Source of the DNA: an uncultured Candidatus Entotheonella sp.
GTDB lineage: Bacteria > Tectomicrobia > Entotheonellia > Entotheonellales > Entotheonellaceae
Assembly: GCA_965217185.1 (NCBI GenBank)
Contig: OZ244252.1
Location: 3,040,001 to 3,104,000, forward strand
Direction of reading: 5' to 3'
Length of the DNA stretch: 64,000 nt
Part shown: piece by piece, positions 63,017 to 64,000 of the stretch
How positions within the stretch are numbered: the first letter of the stretch is position 1
How the letters are laid out: each line of letters opens with the position of its first letter
Notes under the pieces: model-generated
What the model was told of the DNA's origin: nothing
What the model saw: only the letters and a program-made list of their open reading frames with translations
Databases searched by the model: none
Program-made: the position numbers and the translations under genes

Positions 63017-63718
63017 GTGGAAAGCGCCGCTGACACTGGTAAAGGAACACGACTGCAGGAGGCAGGGATTGTGAAGGACGAAAGACCGAACAGAGATAGG
63101 GAGATGAGGCCGGGAAGCTCTACAGGGTTTTTGGAAGAGGCACTGAACTTGCGCTGGCCCAGGAAAGGTGATCGGCTTCTCCAGAAATGCGGAGAATGGA
63201 AACATGGGGCAAGGTTTTCAAACGACGTCACTTTTCGGCATTCCCACATCTGGGACGGCAACATGAGAGCAGGAGCCATACTCATCGGCGCCTGCGAGGA
63301 AGATAGTTACGAAGGCCACACTCTGATTTACCCTATTCTGTTCAACTATCGCCACGCTATTGAACTGGCAATGAAATGGGTCATCAGGATGTATGGCCGT
63401 TATTCCACAGCACAGATTGACGACTTCGAGCACCATAATCTCTGGAAGCTATGGCACCTGTGTAAAAAGATCATTGTTGAGGTGGGATCTGAGGATAAGG
63501 CAATTCCTGCGGTCGAACAGGTTATCAAGGACTTTCACGATCTAGACAGTTCGGGACAGGCTTTCCACTATCCCAATTCTAAAGCCCGTACGCCCGTGGC
63601 ACTACCAGACTATCCGATTGATCTGCTACACATTCGGGATGTAATGCAGGGATTGGCCCATTTCTTCGATGGCGTGGACGCCCAGCTTGATGAGGCATCA
63701 CAGGCCTTTCGAAGCTAA
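63017..63718 (+). CDS. Hypothetical protein, possibly HEPN-like
   Basis: YPILFNYRHAIELAMK..HNLWKLW..DSSGQAFHYP; start uncertain. Confidence 0.6.
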   Translation: MESAADTGKGTRLQEAGIVKDERPNRDREMRPGSSTGFLEEALNLRWPRKGDRLLQKCGEWKHGARFSNDVTFRHSHIWDGNMRAGAILIGACEEDSYEGHTLIYPILFNYRHAIELAMKWVIRMYGRYSTAQIDDFEHHNLWKLWHLCKKIIVEVGSEDKAIPAVEQVIKDFHDLDSSGQAFHYPNSKARTPVALPDYPIDLLHIRDVMQGLAHFFDGVDAQLDEASQAFRS

Positions 63719-63809
63719 AAACGTTGCTTCGCAAGGCGGCAGATCGGACTGTTGGCGGTCTGGAGTCGGCCCTTGCTACGGCACTGGAGGCGTCTTCGCC
63801 AAATGCGCT

Positions 63810-64000
63810 CTAGTAGCTGTTCAACGTAATGCACAGGCATGATAAGTTGCCTCCCAGTAAGCTGCTGGCCATAAGCTGGGAGGGATGATTGTGAAGAAGC
63901 TCTATGTGGTCCGTTTGAGTGAAGAAGAACGGACCGAATTGACGAAACGGGTCAAGTTGCATCATCTCTATCCCGTGATCAAAGATTGACGCACTACTAG
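63810..64000 (+). mobile_element. IS630-derived MITE, copy 2
   Basis: Appears identical to 10741..10931; window ends exactly on its CTAG. Confidence 0.85.

Overview
GC-rich bacterial chromosomal window. The repertoire of SRCR, cadherin-like, Calx-beta, FN3 and TPR proteins, many flavin monooxygenases and dense REP/MITE repeats resembles marine sponge symbionts, which is an inference. Positions 1-25.5 kb hold housekeeping and catabolic genes: the parC 3' end, a sugar ABC system, tag, gdhA, enolase-family, NIPSNAP, a divergent PQQ dehydrogenase, PhyH/amidohydrolase/cupin, SDR, TPR and two VapBC-type TA pairs. Positions 25.5-44.5 kb form a surface-protein island with an SRCR autotransporter and two giant modular RTX-tailed adhesin genes. 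Each giant gene carries one lesion. The first sits, with its putative promoter and an (AGCCG)28 repeat, inside a MITE-bounded composite transposon flanked by an 8-bp target duplication. Positions 45-49 kb hold a cmoO/cmoJ-like monooxygenase cluster. Positions 50.5-64 kb are a decayed mobile island with HU, Tn3-family remnants, a resolvase-only Tn3-like element, a group II intron 5' fragment and an hlyD remnant. This island also holds an intact three-gene Ubl / E2-like / JAB-E1 ubiquitination-like operon that lacks the usual catalytic cysteines and whose Ubl ends in Ala. No rRNA, tRNA or CRISPR array was seen. All family calls are by motif recognition, without database searches.
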